38,118 nt of DNA, from sequence record DRR378314_281; one strand, given 5' to 3'. The notes under the pieces are model-generated. The model did not search any database and was not told where the DNA came from. It saw only the letters and a list, made by a program, of their open reading frames with translations. Position numbers and translations under genes: made by a program. The first letter of the stretch is position 1; each line of letters starts with the position of its first letter. Shown piece after piece: positions 17,178-26,864 of the stretch.

Positions 17178-19250
17178 CTAGAGAAAGCCGAGCAGCCCGG
17201 CGAGCAGGTTGGTCACCGGCGAGAGCAGGTCCAGCAAGCCGCTGAGCGGGCTCAGGCCCTGATCCAGCTGCTCGGTGACTTCCCGGGTGAGAAACGCCAG
17301 CGCGGTGGACACCAGGTTGCCGGGCAAGGTGGCCTGGTCGACGCTCTCCAACCACAGCACGTCGTTGACCACCTGCTCCAGGACCAGCTGGATGGTGCCC
17401 ACCAACTGCTCGCCGGTGGCGCTGGTGTCGAGCAGCACCAACTGCTCCAGGGTGTTGGCCAGACCCAGCGACACGCTGGACAGCACCTTAGTGAGACCCG
17501 ACAGCACCGGCACATCCGGGGTCTGCTCGTCGACGCCGTCGACGATGTTGTCCAGGTTGCGCGCCAGCTGCACCAGCGGGCCGGCCAGGAACGCCACATC
17601 CTGCAGGGTGCCGGAGGACTCGCCCTCAAAGTCGGCGCTGTTGCCGAACCCTTCACTGAGCGCCTGGAAGGCACCGCCGAGCTGGTCAAACGGCGCCGGC
17701 AACACACTGGTGTCGATCGCTTCCAACTGCTGGGACGCCGCCAACGCGCCCTGGAACGCCTGGCTCATATCCGCGTCGTCGCCGCCGGAGATCGCCGCCG
17801 CGGCGCCGTCCAGGGCGCTGAACAGCGTATCCAGCCCGGCCAGAATCTGCGCCGCCACTTCCTGCTGCGGCCCCTCCGGCAGGCCCGCCATGGCCTGGTT
17901 GAACCCGGAGATCAGTTGATCGCGGAACGCCTGCAGGGGGCCGCTGAAGTCCGCGTCGAAGCCATCCGGCAGCGGCAGCGGGAAGGCGTCGCCGCTGGTG
18001 AAGATGTCGCTGGAGAAATCGTTGCTGGCCGGGATGCCGGCGGCGGGCTGCTTGTCGTAGCAGCGCTGATAGGCCGGGGTGGCCTGGCCGGCGTCCAGCA
18101 CGCCCAGCCCCTCGACGCCGGGCTCCACCACATAGGCTTCCAGGCACAGCCGCGCCGGCGTGCCGGCCTGGCTGTCCGCTTCCACCGCTTCCATCCAGAA
18201 GAAACCGTAGACATCGCCGATCTGGAACGGCGCCTGGTTGCGCTCCGGGTCGTCCAGGCTGCGGGTCTTGCTGGCGGCGCCGCTGACCACGAACTCGGTG
18301 CGGCCACACTCGGGCACCGCGTCGAGCACCTGCAGATCGTGGTCGTGGCCGGCGAAGAAGAAATCGGTCTTGTCGCAGACCGCTTCTTCCATGAACGCCC
18401 GCCAGCGGTCGCCCGCCAGCACCGGCAGGATCTCGCTGGGCACGCCATCATAGTTGCCGGCGTTGCCGTGGGTGCCGTTGGACAGGTAGGGATGGTGCGC
18501 CAGGCCGATCTTGAACTCCGCCTGGGAGCCGCCGATGGCGCTCACCGCCCAGTTCAGCTGGTTGATGCCGTAGGTGTGGTAGGCGTAATCCAGGTCCGCG
18601 TCGGCGAAGCCGCCGGCGATCGGGTTGGAGTCCAGCGCGAACAGCGACACCAGCGGCGCGCCGCTTGCGGTCTCGCCGGCGTCCTGCTGGAAATAGCGGT
18701 CCGGCATGATCCAGCGGTCCGACAGACGGCCGTCGAAGTAGGTGTAGTCCACCTGGAATTCACCGCGCGCGTTGCCGGCGCCGTCGCCGCCCACGTAGGC
18801 GGTGTTGTCGTGGTTGCCCAGCACCAGATAGAACGGCAGGTCCACCGGCTCGAACGGCAGCTCGAATTTCTCTTCGAACTGCGGGTCGTCGACGCTGGTG
18901 ACACCGGACTCGTAAATGTTGTCACCGAGGCCGACCACGAAGTCACAGCCGGCCCGCTCGGGGTCGTTTTCCGCGCCCAGTTTCACGGCACAGATATCCG
19001 CCATTGCCTGGCCGACCGCGTAGGCGCCGTCCGAGCCGCTGCCGGAATCACCGATGGTCAGGAAGCGCACCCGCTCCAGCACCGTGGGTTCCGGTTCCGG
19101 CTCCGGCTCCACCGGGGTTTCCGGCTCCTCGGGCTCATTGGGCTGCGGCGTGGCGCCGCCGTCGCTGCCGCTGTCGCTGTCGCCGCCGCAGGCGGCCAGG
19201 GTCAGGCCCAGGGCGGCGGCCAGCGCCAGTCGTTGGATTGTCCAGTTCAT
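17178..19250 (-). CDS. Purple acid phosphatase-like metallophosphoesterase lipoprotein with an unknown C-terminal helical domain
   Basis: Lipobox LAAC; Pro/Glu linker; GDSG, GDNIY, GNHD, AHHP and GHDH metal-ligand motifs; ATGA overlap with phoD. Confidence 0.88.
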   Translation of the reverse strand: MNWTIQRLALAAALGLTLAACGGDSDSGSDGGATPQPNEPEEPETPVEPEPEPEPTVLERVRFLTIGDSGSGSDGAYAVGQAMADICAVKLGAENDPERAGCDFVVGLGDNIYESGVTSVDDPQFEEKFELPFEPVDLPFYLVLGNHDNTAYVGGDGAGNARGEFQVDYTYFDGRLSDRWIMPDRYFQQDAGETASGAPLVSLFALDSNPIAGGFADADLDYAYHTYGINQLNWAVSAIGGSQAEFKIGLAHHPYLSNGTHGNAGNYDGVPSEILPVLAGDRWRAFMEEAVCDKTDFFFAGHDHDLQVLDAVPECGRTEFVVSGAASKTRSLDDPERNQAPFQIGDVYGFFWMEAVEADSQAGTPARLCLEAYVVEPGVEGLGVLDAGQATPAYQRCYDKQPAAGIPASNDFSSDIFTSGDAFPLPLPDGFDADFSGPLQAFRDQLISGFNQAMAGLPEGPQQEVAAQILAGLDTLFSALDGAAAAISGGDDADMSQAFQGALAASQQLEAIDTSVLPAPFDQLGGAFQALSEGFGNSADFEGESSGTLQDVAFLAGPLVQLARNLDNIVDGVDEQTPDVPVLSGLTKVLSSVSLGLANTLEQLVLLDTSATGEQLVGTIQLVLEQVVNDVLWLESVDQATLPGNLVSTALAFLTREVTEQLDQGLSPLSGLLDLLSPVTNLLAGLLGFL

Positions 19251-20995
19251 GCCATCTCCTCCGTGGATGCGCTCGCCGGTGCCGGCGGGTGGAACAGTGC
19301 GGTGCGCAGGGTGCGCGGGCGCGAAGGCCGCAGGCCTTCTTCGCGCAACCGGCTGTCACCGCTGTACACCGCCACCAATTTGGTTTTGCTTTCGTCGATC
19401 TGCCCGCGCAGGTCGAAGGACTCGATGTCGCGGGCGTAATAGAATTCCGCCTGGGCACGCTGGTGGTTCACGTCCATCAGAATGAAACCGCGCGATTTGG
19501 CTTCCACATAGCGGATGTGCGGGTTGACCACCGGCACGGCGACGCCGGCCAGCTCCGCCGCGCCTTCCGGAAAGCCCGGGCTGGTCACCGCCGGGGTGAC
19601 GAATTCCGCGGCCAGGGGCGCATCGAACAGGTCGCCGAGCAAGGTACCCGGATTGCGATAGATTTCGCTGGCCCAGGAGGTATGGATATCGCCGGTGAGG
19701 ATCACCACGTTGTCGATGTTGTTGTCGTCCAGGTGGTTGAGAATCTTCAAGCGGTCCGCGGCGTAGCCGTCCCACTGATCCATGTTGATCGCCGACAGAT
19801 TGCCGCGCAGTTGCGGCGCGTGCTCATTGAGCGAAGGAATCTCGGCGATGTTCAGCTGGGCGAACATCACCTGCTGGCCGATGAACCGCCAGCGGGCGGT
19901 GGACGCGCTCAGGCCGTCCAGCAGCCACTGCATCTGGGTGTCGCTGATCAGACGCCGCTCCGGATCGTTGCGGGCCGGGTCGAACGGCAACGACAGGGGC
20001 TCGTCGCGGCCCTCCAAGCGGGTGTCCAGCATGCTCAGGTCGATCAGGTCGCCGAACTGGAAGCGCCGGTAAATGGTGGCGAAATCCCCCAGGTTCTGTT
20101 CGCGGATCGGCATCCATTCGAAATACACCCGGCGGGCGATGTTCTTGCGCGTCTCCCAGTCGCCTTCGGTGAGCGGCTGATGGTTCTCGGCGCCGTCCTG
20201 GTAGCTGTCGTTGGTGCTTTCGTGGTCGTCCCAGATCACGACCATCGGGTATTGCTGGTGCACCGCCTGCAGGTCCACGTCGCCCTTGTACTGGGCGTGG
20301 CGCTGGCGGTAGTCCTCCAGGGTCACCATTTCGTGGGGCGGCTGCGGGTCCCGGTCGGGCACGTCGCCGTACTCGCCGATGCCGTATTCATACAGGTAGT
20401 CGCCCAGGTGCAGCACGAAATCCAGGTCGCCGTGCTCGGCCAGGGTCTTGTAGACGGAAAAATAGCCGTGGGAAATGTTGGCGCAGGAGACCACCGCGAA
20501 CCGGGCCCGGTCCACGTAGCGGTCCGCCGCCGGCAAGGTGCGGGTCCGGCCGATGGGCGAGCGCTGGTCCGCCACGCTGAACCGGTAGTAATACCAGCGC
20601 CCCGCTTCCAGCCCGGTGGCGTCCTGTTTGACGCAGAAATCGTGCTCGGCGTCGGCCTGGGTCTCGAAGCGCGCCACCGGATCCAGCAGCGCCGCGTCCC
20701 GGGCCACCGTGACGGTCACCGGTATCGGGCCCGACGTCTCCTCCCGAGGGGTAACGCGGGTCCACAGCATCACCCGATCGGCGAGCGGATCACCGGACGC
20801 CACCCCGTGGGAAAAGTCCACCCGCGGAACCCGGGGCTCCGAGGGCGCCGGGGTCTCCGGCGTTTCCGGTTGATTGGGCGCCGCCGAGGACGGCGGCGGC
20901 GAATCGGATGAACTCCCCCCACCACAACCGGCTACCCAGGTGGCGGCACTGCCCACGGCCATGGCCTGTACCAGACGACGACGCTTGCGATCCAT
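19247..20995 (-). CDS. phoD: PhoD-family alkaline phosphatase/phosphodiesterase, predicted Tat lipoprotein
   Basis: RRRLV twin-arginine followed by lipobox VAGC; FSHGVASGDP, SCAN, HLGDYLYE, WDDHE, LDTR, DQWDGY and TGDIH motifs. Confidence 0.93.
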   Translation of the reverse strand: MDRKRRRLVQAMAVGSAATWVAGCGGGSSSDSPPPSSAAPNQPETPETPAPSEPRVPRVDFSHGVASGDPLADRVMLWTRVTPREETSGPIPVTVTVARDAALLDPVARFETQADAEHDFCVKQDATGLEAGRWYYYRFSVADQRSPIGRTRTLPAADRYVDRARFAVVSCANISHGYFSVYKTLAEHGDLDFVLHLGDYLYEYGIGEYGDVPDRDPQPPHEMVTLEDYRQRHAQYKGDVDLQAVHQQYPMVVIWDDHESTNDSYQDGAENHQPLTEGDWETRKNIARRVYFEWMPIREQNLGDFATIYRRFQFGDLIDLSMLDTRLEGRDEPLSLPFDPARNDPERRLISDTQMQWLLDGLSASTARWRFIGQQVMFAQLNIAEIPSLNEHAPQLRGNLSAINMDQWDGYAADRLKILNHLDDNNIDNVVILTGDIHTSWASEIYRNPGTLLGDLFDAPLAAEFVTPAVTSPGFPEGAAELAGVAVPVVNPHIRYVEAKSRGFILMDVNHQRAQAEFYYARDIESFDLRGQIDESKTKLVAVYSGDSRLREEGLRPSRPRTLRTALFHPPAPASASTEEMA

Positions 20996-21009
20996 ACCCC
21001 GATCTCCCT

Positions 21010-21277
21010 AGGGCCTGTTCACACTACTTGCATCGCGCCTGCTGGATGCCCTTTTTGCTTCCAGCTAGGCGGAGGGAGCGCCGTTTGGTCATTCCAAATA
21101 AGCGACCGACAACGACGCTGGGAGCAAAAAGGGCTCCAGCCCTTCGGGTTGCGGCTAAAAAGCCACCCCTCCGCGTTGCTCGTCGTTCATTTGGAGTCAC
21201 CAAACTTCTCTTCTCGCGCCTTGATGGGTGGCTTTTTAGCCGCAACAGGCGTGATGCAAGTAGTGTGAACAGGCCCT
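21010..21277. mobile_element. Non-autonomous MITE-like element with 32-bp terminal inverted repeats and two ERIC-like internal hairpin arms
   Basis: AGGGCCTGTTCACACTACTTGCATCGCGCCTG (21010-21041) matches the reverse complement of 21246-21277 with one mismatch. Internal stems are 21041-21065/21117-21140 and 21148-21168/21226-21246 (perfect 21 bp). No transposase ORF. Confidence 0.85.
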
Positions 21278-21383
21278 CCATAAAGAATGAAGGCAAAGCG
21301 TAAGCAGGAAGTTGCACTTAAACAGTTGCACGGACGTACTAAACTGTTGCGCTCTGTAAAACCCTGTAAACGCCCAGCGAAGA

Positions 21384-21401
21384 TTGACAAGGCGATGACA
21401 G
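21384..21401 (-). promoter_or_regulatory. Putative Pho box (PhoB site) pointing towards phoD
   Basis: Minus strand CTGTCAT-cgcc-TTGTCAA, a 7-4-7 direct repeat resembling CTGTCAT-N4-CTGTCAY. Confidence 0.6.
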
Positions 21402-21521
21402 GCGTGCGGCCGTTGCGTGAAATCGAAGGCGCACGGGGCTTGAATTACCGGTGCCGGAGACGCAATGCTGGGGTAGGCCGTATTGTAGAGACGGCACTTT
21501 TAAGCCAATCAGGAGGAGAGC

Positions 21522-22142
21522 ATGCGCATTACTGTGGAAGGCGTGAACGAAGGCCAGCCGATTCCCGGCCCGTTCGCATTCGCGGTACCCGATCCCAAAG
21601 AACACATGAGCCTGAGCGACAACCGCAACCCCAAGGTGGTGTGGGACGGTGTACCGGAAGGCACCCGTGGCTTCGCCCTGCTGGTGGTGGACCCGGACGC
21701 GCCCACCGATGCCTCCGACGTGAACCAGGACGGCAAAACCGTGCCCGCGGATCTGCCCCGGGCGGATTTCTACCACTGGGTTCTGGTGGATATTCCCGCT
21801 GACGTACGGCAGATCGATGAAGGCGAGGACGCCGACGGCGTGGTACCGCGCGGCAAGGAGATCGGGCAAACCGCGAAAGGCATTCGCGGCGCCAACGACT
21901 ACACCGACTTCCTGGCCGGCGACCCGGACATGAAAGGCGTCTACGGCGGCTACGACGGCCCCTGCCCGCCCTGGAACGACGAGCGGCTGCACCACTACAC
22001 CTTCACCGTCTACGCGCTGGACGTGACGTCCCTGGGCCTGAGCGGTGAAATTCGCGGCCCCCAGGTGGTGGAAGCCATGCAGGGCCACATTCTCGACCAG
22101 GCCAGCGTGACCGGCACCTACACCCTGAACCCGAACGTCTGA
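21522..22142 (+). CDS. YbhB/YbcL family (PEBP/RKIP-like) protein
   Basis: ALLVVDPDAP, FYHWVLVDIP, GYDGPCPP and HHYTFTVYALD motifs; AGGAGG RBS. Confidence 0.92.
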   Translation: MRITVEGVNEGQPIPGPFAFAVPDPKEHMSLSDNRNPKVVWDGVPEGTRGFALLVVDPDAPTDASDVNQDGKTVPADLPRADFYHWVLVDIPADVRQIDEGEDADGVVPRGKEIGQTAKGIRGANDYTDFLAGDPDMKGVYGGYDGPCPPWNDERLHHYTFTVYALDVTSLGLSGEIRGPQVVEAMQGHILDQASVTGTYTLNPNV

Positions 22143-22153
22143 CGACGGCGGCG

Positions 22154-22174
22154 GCGCCCGGCCACGCCGGGCGC
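22154..22174. terminator. GC hairpin between the convergent ybhB-like gene and bioD
   Basis: GCGCCCGGC-cac-GCCGGGCGC; no clear U-tract. Confidence 0.4.
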
Positions 22175-22830
22175 TAAATCACCGTGAACGCCCCCGGCAG
22201 GTGCTGCCGCAGGGTGATCAGATTTTCCTCCCGCACGTCCATCTCACCGAAACAGTTGGCCACCGTGCCCGTATAGCGCAGCCCGTCCGCCTGGATCGCC
22301 TCGGCGGTGAGCAGCGCATGGCTGATGCAGCCGAGCTTCATGCCCACCACCTGGATCACCGGCAGGTTCAGCTCCACCGCCAAAGCGGACAGCATTTCCC
22401 GGTCGTTGAGCGGCACCCGCCAGCCGCCGGCGCCCTCCACCAGCACCAGGTCCGCCGGATGGCTGCTCAGGGCACCGCGCACATAGCCGGCCAGTTGCGA
22501 CAGGCTGATCCGCCGCCCCTCCTGCCGGGCGGCGATGTGCGGTGCGATGGCCGCTTTCAGCGCCACCGGGTTGACCAAGTCATAGGGCAGCGCCACGGAC
22601 GAGGACGCCATCAGATTCACGGCGTCCTCGTTGCGCAACCCGTCGGCGGTCTCCTCGCAGCCGGCGGCAATCGGCTTCAGCCCATAGCAACTCAGGCCCG
22701 CCTCCCGGGCCCGTTCCAGCAGCCGGCAGCTGACCCAGGTTTTGCCCACCTCGGTGTCGGTGCCGGTGATAAAGAACACGCCCTTGAGAACGGGCAGCGG
22801 GGGACGTTCGGGGGAAGGGGTATCAGCCAT
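22174..22830 (-). CDS. bioD: Dethiobiotin synthase
   Basis: FITGTDTEVGKT, KPIAAG, VEGAGG and KLGCISH motifs. Confidence 0.96.
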   Translation of the reverse strand: MADTPSPERPPLPVLKGVFFITGTDTEVGKTWVSCRLLERAREAGLSCYGLKPIAAGCEETADGLRNEDAVNLMASSSVALPYDLVNPVALKAAIAPHIAARQEGRRISLSQLAGYVRGALSSHPADLVLVEGAGGWRVPLNDREMLSALAVELNLPVIQVVGMKLGCISHALLTAEAIQADGLRYTGTVANCFGEMDVREENLITLRQHLPGAFTVI

Positions 22831-23611
22831 GGGGTTCCTTGATTGCTTCTACGAACAGCACGTCCCAGGTGAGCGGCAGCCCGGCCGGCTGGCGGCGTGC
22901 TTCGTAGGCGTCGCACAGGGCCCGCCAGGCCGCTTTGCCGGTGAGGCCGGTAGCGCCGCCCTGCACATGGTCGACGCCGGTGGCCTTGAAGGCCCGGACC
23001 AGGGTTCTCACGTCCGGATAGTGCTCGGTGAACGCCATCCGCCGCCATTGCTGGGGGAACAGGCCGGCGCCCTCGAGCGCCCGGCGCCAGTCGGTCTCCG
23101 CCGGCAGACGGTTCAGGCGCGGGCGGCGGGTGCCGTCGGCGGCGGCCCAGCTGTCGCGCAATTCGTGCAGCGAGCCGGCCAGCGGCACCGCCAGCAACAG
23201 GTGGCCGCTGGGCACCAGCACGCGGGCCGCTTCCGCCATGGCCCGCGCCGGCAGGCACCATTGCAACGCGAAGCTGGAATACACCAGCCCCAGGCCGGCG
23301 TCGGCCAGCGGCAGTCTTTCCGCGTCCGCGCACAGCGGCTGGAAGCGCTCGCCGGTGCGCCCACGCGCCCGGGCCTCCGCCAGCATCGACGGCGACAGGT
23401 CCACCGCCAGCCAGCGGCTGTCCGGCCAGCGGCTCTGCTGACGCCGGGCCAGGGGCGCGGTGGCGCAGCCCAGCTCCAGGGCGCGGCTGTCGGGCAGCTC
23501 CGCCGGCGCCATGTCCAGCAGGCTGAGCGCGCAGGCCAGCTGCAGGCCGGCGTGGGCGTCGTAGCTGGGCGCGGCGCGACCGAAACGGTCGCTCACCGCC
23601 GCCTTATCCAT
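22823..23611 (-). CDS. bioC: Malonyl-ACP O-methyltransferase
   Basis: FGRAAPSYD..A.LQ, LELGC, ADAERLP and SSFALQW motifs. Start trimmed to ATG 23611, which overlaps the bioH stop. Confidence 0.9.
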   Translation of the reverse strand: MDKAAVSDRFGRAAPSYDAHAGLQLACALSLLDMAPAELPDSRALELGCATAPLARRQQSRWPDSRWLAVDLSPSMLAEARARGRTGERFQPLCADAERLPLADAGLGLVYSSFALQWCLPARAMAEAARVLVPSGHLLLAVPLAGSLHELRDSWAAADGTRRPRLNRLPAETDWRRALEGAGLFPQQWRRMAFTEHYPDVRTLVRAFKATGVDHVQGGATGLTGKAAWRALCDAYEARRQPAGLPLTWDVLFVEAIKEPHG

Positions 23612-24422
23612 CAATGAGCTGGTGTCGGCGATAGAAGTCATAAACGGCCCGGGTAAAGGTATCGGGGGCGGACAGGAACGGCACATGGGCGACCTGCTCG
23701 ATCAGCGCGGTGTCGCCGCGCTCGTTCAGCAGCGGCTCGACCGCGGCCATGGCCGCCGCCGGCACGATGTTGTCGCGCGCGCCGAAGATCATACGCAGCG
23801 GCACTTCCAGCGCCGCCAGGTCGCCGCGCAGGTCGGTGTCGCGCAGAATCGCGAGCCCTTCGCGCAGCGCCCGGTGGGCGGGCAGCCCGCAGAAGTAGAG
23901 AATCTCCTTAAGCCGCGCCACGTCCTGGCGCATGCTCTCGGCACCCTTGCAGTTGAGCGCCAGGAAGCGCACCAGGGTGCCTTCGTAATCCTCGCGGCAC
24001 ATCTGCTCGAAGGCGTTGAAGATGTCCGGCTTCATCGCCGCCGGCCAGTCGTCGGCGGCGGTGAAGCGCGGCGTGGTGGCCACCGTGACCACCGATTGCA
24101 CCCGGTCCGGGTGATCCAGCGCCAGCCGCAACGCCACCAGCCCGCCCAGGGACCAACCCAGCAGATGGGCGCGCGCCGGCATCACCGCGGCCACCTGGTC
24201 GGCCAGAAAGTCCAGGGTGTAGGGGTCATTGGGCAGCGGGCTCTGCCCCATCCCCGGCAGGTCCACCACCGTGACCCGGAAGCGTTCCAGCAGCGCCGGC
24301 ACGATGTCGTCGAAGACGATGGCGTGCAGGCCCCAGCCGTGGATCAGCACGATGTCCCGGGCCTGGTCGTCGCTGACGCCAGTGGCCTTGTAGGTGTTGT
24401 GGAAAGGAATCAGACGCGGCAT
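23604..24422 (-). CDS. bioH: Pimeloyl-ACP methyl ester carboxylesterase
   Basis: LIHGWG, DLPGMG, GWSLGG and HVPFLS motifs; inside the bio operon. Confidence 0.92.
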   Translation of the reverse strand: MPRLIPFHNTYKATGVSDDQARDIVLIHGWGLHAIVFDDIVPALLERFRVTVVDLPGMGQSPLPNDPYTLDFLADQVAAVMPARAHLLGWSLGGLVALRLALDHPDRVQSVVTVATTPRFTAADDWPAAMKPDIFNAFEQMCREDYEGTLVRFLALNCKGAESMRQDVARLKEILYFCGLPAHRALREGLAILRDTDLRGDLAALEVPLRMIFGARDNIVPAAAMAAVEPLLNERGDTALIEQVAHVPFLSAPDTFTRAVYDFYRRHQLIDG

Positions 24423-25567
24423 GCATTGTCCTCCAGGGCGCCCAGCAGACGGTCCACATCCGCCTCCCGGTGCGCGGCGGAAAGGGTGACGCGCAGGCGA
24501 GCCTGGCCCTCCGGCACGGTGGGCGGGCGGATCGCGGACACCAGCACGCCGTGCGCCGCCAGGGCGCGGCTCAGCGCCAGCGCGGCGCCGTCGTCGCCGA
24601 TCAGGATCGGCTGAATGGGGGTGTCGGAATCCATCAACGTATAGCCCAGCTCGGCGGCGCCACGGCGGAACCGCTGGATCAGGGCGTTCAGATGCGCCCG
24701 GCGCTGCGGTTCACGGCGCGCCTTGTCCAGGCTCACCAGGGTGGCGGCGGCCACGGCGGCGGGCATGGCGGTGGTGTAGACATAGGTGCGGGCGAACTGG
24801 ATCAGGGTTTCGATCAGTTCGTTGGAGCCGGCCACAAAGGCGCCGGCGGTGCCCAGCGCCTTGCCGAGGGTGCCCATGTAGACCGGCACCCGCCCATTGA
24901 CCCCCTGCGCGAACGCGGTGCCCCGGCCCTGGCCGTCCAGCACGCCCAGGCCGTGGGCGTCGTCCACCATCAACCAGGCATCGTCCGCTTCGCAGGCGTC
25001 CAGATAGGCGGCCAGCGGCGCCTGGTCGCCGTCCATGCTAAACACACCGTCGGTGACCACCAGCTTGCGCCCGGCGTCGCTGCGCGCCAGCTGTCCGGCC
25101 AGGGCGGCGGCATCGTTGTGGGCGAAGCGCCGGAAGCGGGCGCCGCTGAGCAGGCCCGCGTCCAGCAGGGAGGCGTGGTTAAGGCGGTCCTGAAAAAGAG
25201 CGTCGCCCTTGCCGACCAGGGCGGTGATGGCGCCGATATTGGCCATGTAGCCGGTGGAGAACAGCAGCGCCCGCTCGCGACCGGTGTGCGCCGCCAGGGC
25301 CTCTTCCAGCTGCTGGTGCGGACGCTGGTGGCCGCACACCAGGTGGGAGGCGCCGCTGCCCACGCCCCAGCGGTCGGCGGCGTCGCGGAACGCCGCCACC
25401 ACCTCCGGGTCGCCGGCCAGGCCCAGGTAGTCGTTGGCGCAGAAGTTCAGATGTTCGCGGCCGTCCACCACCGCGGTGCGGCCACAGGGGCCCTCCATCA
25501 GCGTCGGCTGGCGGAAGCGCTGCCGGGCGCGCCGTTCGTCCAGGCGCGCCGTGAGATCGAAAGCCAA
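24410..25567 (-). CDS. bioF: 8-amino-7-oxononanoate synthase
   Basis: [38 protein letters not shown] and GTLGKA (PLP lysine). Start trimmed to TTG 25567, with GGAG upstream. Confidence 0.95.
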   Translation of the reverse strand: MAFDLTARLDERRARQRFRQPTLMEGPCGRTAVVDGREHLNFCANDYLGLAGDPEVVAAFRDAADRWGVGSGASHLVCGHQRPHQQLEEALAAHTGRERALLFSTGYMANIGAITALVGKGDALFQDRLNHASLLDAGLLSGARFRRFAHNDAAALAGQLARSDAGRKLVVTDGVFSMDGDQAPLAAYLDACEADDAWLMVDDAHGLGVLDGQGRGTAFAQGVNGRVPVYMGTLGKALGTAGAFVAGSNELIETLIQFARTYVYTTAMPAAVAAATLVSLDKARREPQRRAHLNALIQRFRRGAAELGYTLMDSDTPIQPILIGDDGAALALSRALAAHGVLVSAIRPPTVPEGQARLRVTLSAAHREADVDRLLGALEDNACRV

Positions 25568-25586
25568 GGGAGTGACTCCGCGCGGT

Positions 25587-26756
25587 TCAGGCGTCCAGCT
25601 TCCGGTGGGCAGGGCGGCCGGTGTCCTTGTCCAGCACGTGCTTGGCGCCGCGCCGGCTCTGCCCGCTGTACGCCAGCGCATCGTGGTACAAGCCGCTCTG
25701 CGCCGCTTCGTTCTCCGCCACTTGCTGGCGCAGCGCTTCCTCGTGGGCCTCGTCGGAGGCTTCGTGGCGCGGGTCCAGAGAATGGATGCCCAGGCGCTGG
25801 AACAGCTGATGGTCGTGGGTGGCTTCCGGGTTATCGGTGGTCAGCAGACGCTCGCCGTAGAACATGGAGTTGGCGCCGGCCATGAAGCACAGGGCCTGGG
25901 CCTCGTCGTTCATCTCCTGGCGCCCGGCGGCCAGCCGCACATAGGACTTGGGCATCAGAATCCGCGCCACCGCCACGGTGCGCACGAACTCGAGCGGGTC
26001 CAGATCATCCACGTCGGACAGCGGCGTGCCTTCGATCTTCACCAGCATGTTGATCGGCACCGACTCCGGATGCTCCGGCAGGTTGGCCAGCTGTTGCAGC
26101 AGGCCGACCCGGTCGTTGCGGTTCTCGCCCATGCCGACGATGCCGCCGCAGCACACCTTCATGCCGGCGTCGCGCACATTGGCCAGGGTGGTCAGGCGGT
26201 CGCTGTAGGTACGGGTGGTGATCACCTGGCCGTAGTATTCCGGCGAGGTGTCCAGGTTGTGGTTGTAGTAGTCCAGGCCGGCCTCGGCCAGGCTCTGCGC
26301 CTGCCCCTCGTCGAGCATGCCCAGGGTCATGCAGGTTTCCAGCCCCAGGGATTTCACCTGGCGCACCATGTCCAGCACATAGGGCATGTCCTTGGCGCGC
26401 GGGCTGCGCCAGGCCGCGCCCATGCAGAAGCGCGAGGCGCCTTTTTCCTTGGCGGCGCGCGCCTCTTCGAGCACCCGCTCCACTTCCAGCAGCTTCTCTT
26501 TTTCCAGCTCGGTGTTGTAGTGGCCGGACTGGGAGCAGTACTTGCAGTCTTCCGGGCAGGCGCCGGTCTTGATCGACAGCAGCGTGCTGACCTGCACCGC
26601 GTTGGGATCGAAGTGCTGGCGGTGCACGGAGGCGGCCCGGAACAGCAGGTCGTTGAACGGCAGGGTGAATAGCGCCTCGATCTCACCGCGGTGCCAATCG
26701 TGGCGTACGGCGTTCGGGGCGGCGTCGGACAGGGGCGTGGCGGCGGCTACAGTCAT
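25587..26756 (-). CDS. bioB: Biotin synthase
   Basis: Radical SAM motif [16 protein letters not shown] and VCCGGIVG. Start trimmed to ATG 26756. Confidence 0.97.
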   Translation of the reverse strand: MTVAAATPLSDAAPNAVRHDWHRGEIEALFTLPFNDLLFRAASVHRQHFDPNAVQVSTLLSIKTGACPEDCKYCSQSGHYNTELEKEKLLEVERVLEEARAAKEKGASRFCMGAAWRSPRAKDMPYVLDMVRQVKSLGLETCMTLGMLDEGQAQSLAEAGLDYYNHNLDTSPEYYGQVITTRTYSDRLTTLANVRDAGMKVCCGGIVGMGENRNDRVGLLQQLANLPEHPESVPINMLVKIEGTPLSDVDDLDPLEFVRTVAVARILMPKSYVRLAAGRQEMNDEAQALCFMAGANSMFYGERLLTTDNPEATHDHQLFQRLGIHSLDPRHEASDEAHEEALRQQVAENEAAQSGLYHDALAYSGQSRRGAKHVLDKDTGRPAHRKLDA

Positions 26757-26784
26757 GATGAAATCTCTCTGAACAGTCCGCATC

Positions 26785-26837
26785 AGACTAGCAGCGCGCC
26801 GGCCCCTGTCAACTTCCAACAAGTAACAAGGTTAACC
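26785..26837 (-). promoter_or_regulatory. bio operon promoter overlapped by a BirA operator
   Basis: Minus strand TTGACA-N16-(TGc)TAGTCT. The imperfect palindrome TGTCAACT-N15-GGTTAACC (26807-26837) resembles TGTAAACC-N14/16-GGTTTACA. Confidence 0.7.
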
Positions 26838-26864
26838 AATGATCATTTATTGATCGCTTTGCCG

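Noticed and set aside
21024-21390. Small ORFs over the MITE-like element as a transposase or peptide
   Set aside because: No transposase motifs; they are incidental frames across a palindromic element.
26838-26860. Second Fur box upstream of bioB (AATGATCATTTATTGATC)
   Set aside because: Only about 9/19 match to the consensus in the alignment I tried.
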